A stretch of DNA of 37,344 nucleotides, from positions 11,109,759-11,147,102 of the forward strand of contig NW_003526943.1 of the NCBI RefSeq assembly GCF_000181795.1, written 5' to 3'. The notes under the pieces were generated by a model. That model made no database searches and was not told the origin of the DNA. It was given only the letters and a program-made list of their open reading frames with translations. Shown one piece after another: positions 36,638-37,344 of this stretch. Within the stretch, counting starts at the first letter, position 1, and each line of letters opens with the position of its first letter. A program made the translations under genes and the position numbers. Origin of the DNA: Trichinella spiralis (taxonomy: Eukaryota).

Positions 36638-37344
36638 GAAATAAGACAAATCAGAGGAACGTCAAGCACAAAGAGCAGATAAGGGGTAAGATGGAGAGAA
36701 GGCGGTTCGTTACTGATTATATGTATGAACCATATATCCAATTGACCAGAGCTACTACACTTTAAGGGTAAACACTCAAAACGTATGTTTGTAGCGCAAT
36801 ACCCGGAAATGGACAACTAACGCAGAGCAGTAATGATAACGCCTTTCTTGAGTGAATATCTGTTCAACAACAACAACTCTTAGCGAACAGAGATTTATAT
36901 ATAAAATCACTTCCGGTTTTGAATAAGGTGAACTGCTTGCAGCAACTGCCGTCGACAATTTTCCTTATCATATTTGCATAAGGTTACTCTCGTGACGCGC
37001 CTCGTTATTTGTAGCAGTCGATTCAACGGCTTTTACCAGTTCTGGATGCGACATATATATATATACATAAATCTGCCCCCACTTTTTGTAAATAAATTTG
37101 TTGCCTGTTGAAATTTATCAAGATTGGATGCTAACTTCCGGGTGTAAATCGAAATTATATATAATTTGTTGAAAAAAGGGAATGTCGTAGCAACAAACCA
37201 ATTTCCGGGATACAAATGGCATTAAGAAAACAACACAACCAAGCTCGCAAGAATCGTCCAGCCATGGTTGAGGTCACGCATAAATGCAAAGTCAGCACAG
37301 TTGGCGGTCGAAAATCAATGAAGACCTTGTTACATGAGAAAGTA

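Noticed and set aside
36960..36981. TTCCTTATCATATTTGCATA resembles the human U6 distal promoter element
   Set aside because: No U6 or other snRNA sequence follows within the window; probably a chance octamer.
34500..37344. Terminal inverted repeats of the MULE element
   Set aside because: No reverse-complement match between the 34.5-kb flank and 36.7-37.3 kb was found by eye; the ends are undefined or outside the window.

Overview
AT-rich eukaryotic DNA with many short GT-AG introns and TTTCAG-type acceptors. The best fit is a clade I nematode such as Trichinella; this is inferred from EB-module genes, a FLYWCH-MULE element and a retained minor-spliceosome snRNA. From left to right the window holds: (1) the 3' exons of an unidentified + strand gene; (2) a complete multi-exon HEATR1/UTP10 gene on the - strand (11249-1779); (3) a ~960-bp GC-rich insertion with diverged inverted arms, 9-bp direct flanks and an internal minisatellite shared with the MULE flank; (4) a + strand cysteine-rich EB/WR1-module gene with a probable GC-AG intron; (5) an NR4A-class nuclear receptor (nhr-6/HR38/Nur77-like) on the - strand, with a reconstructed 8-exon, 703-aa model and a CRE-rich promoter; (6) a 65-aa rpb-12/POLR2K gene that the ORF track misses; (7) a U11 minor-spliceosome snRNA about 750 nt upstream of rpb-12 on the same strand; (8) an unexplained multi-hairpin element further upstream; (9) a decayed, intron-containing FLYWCH + MULE transposase. 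All calls come from manual translation and alignment. No database searches were run.
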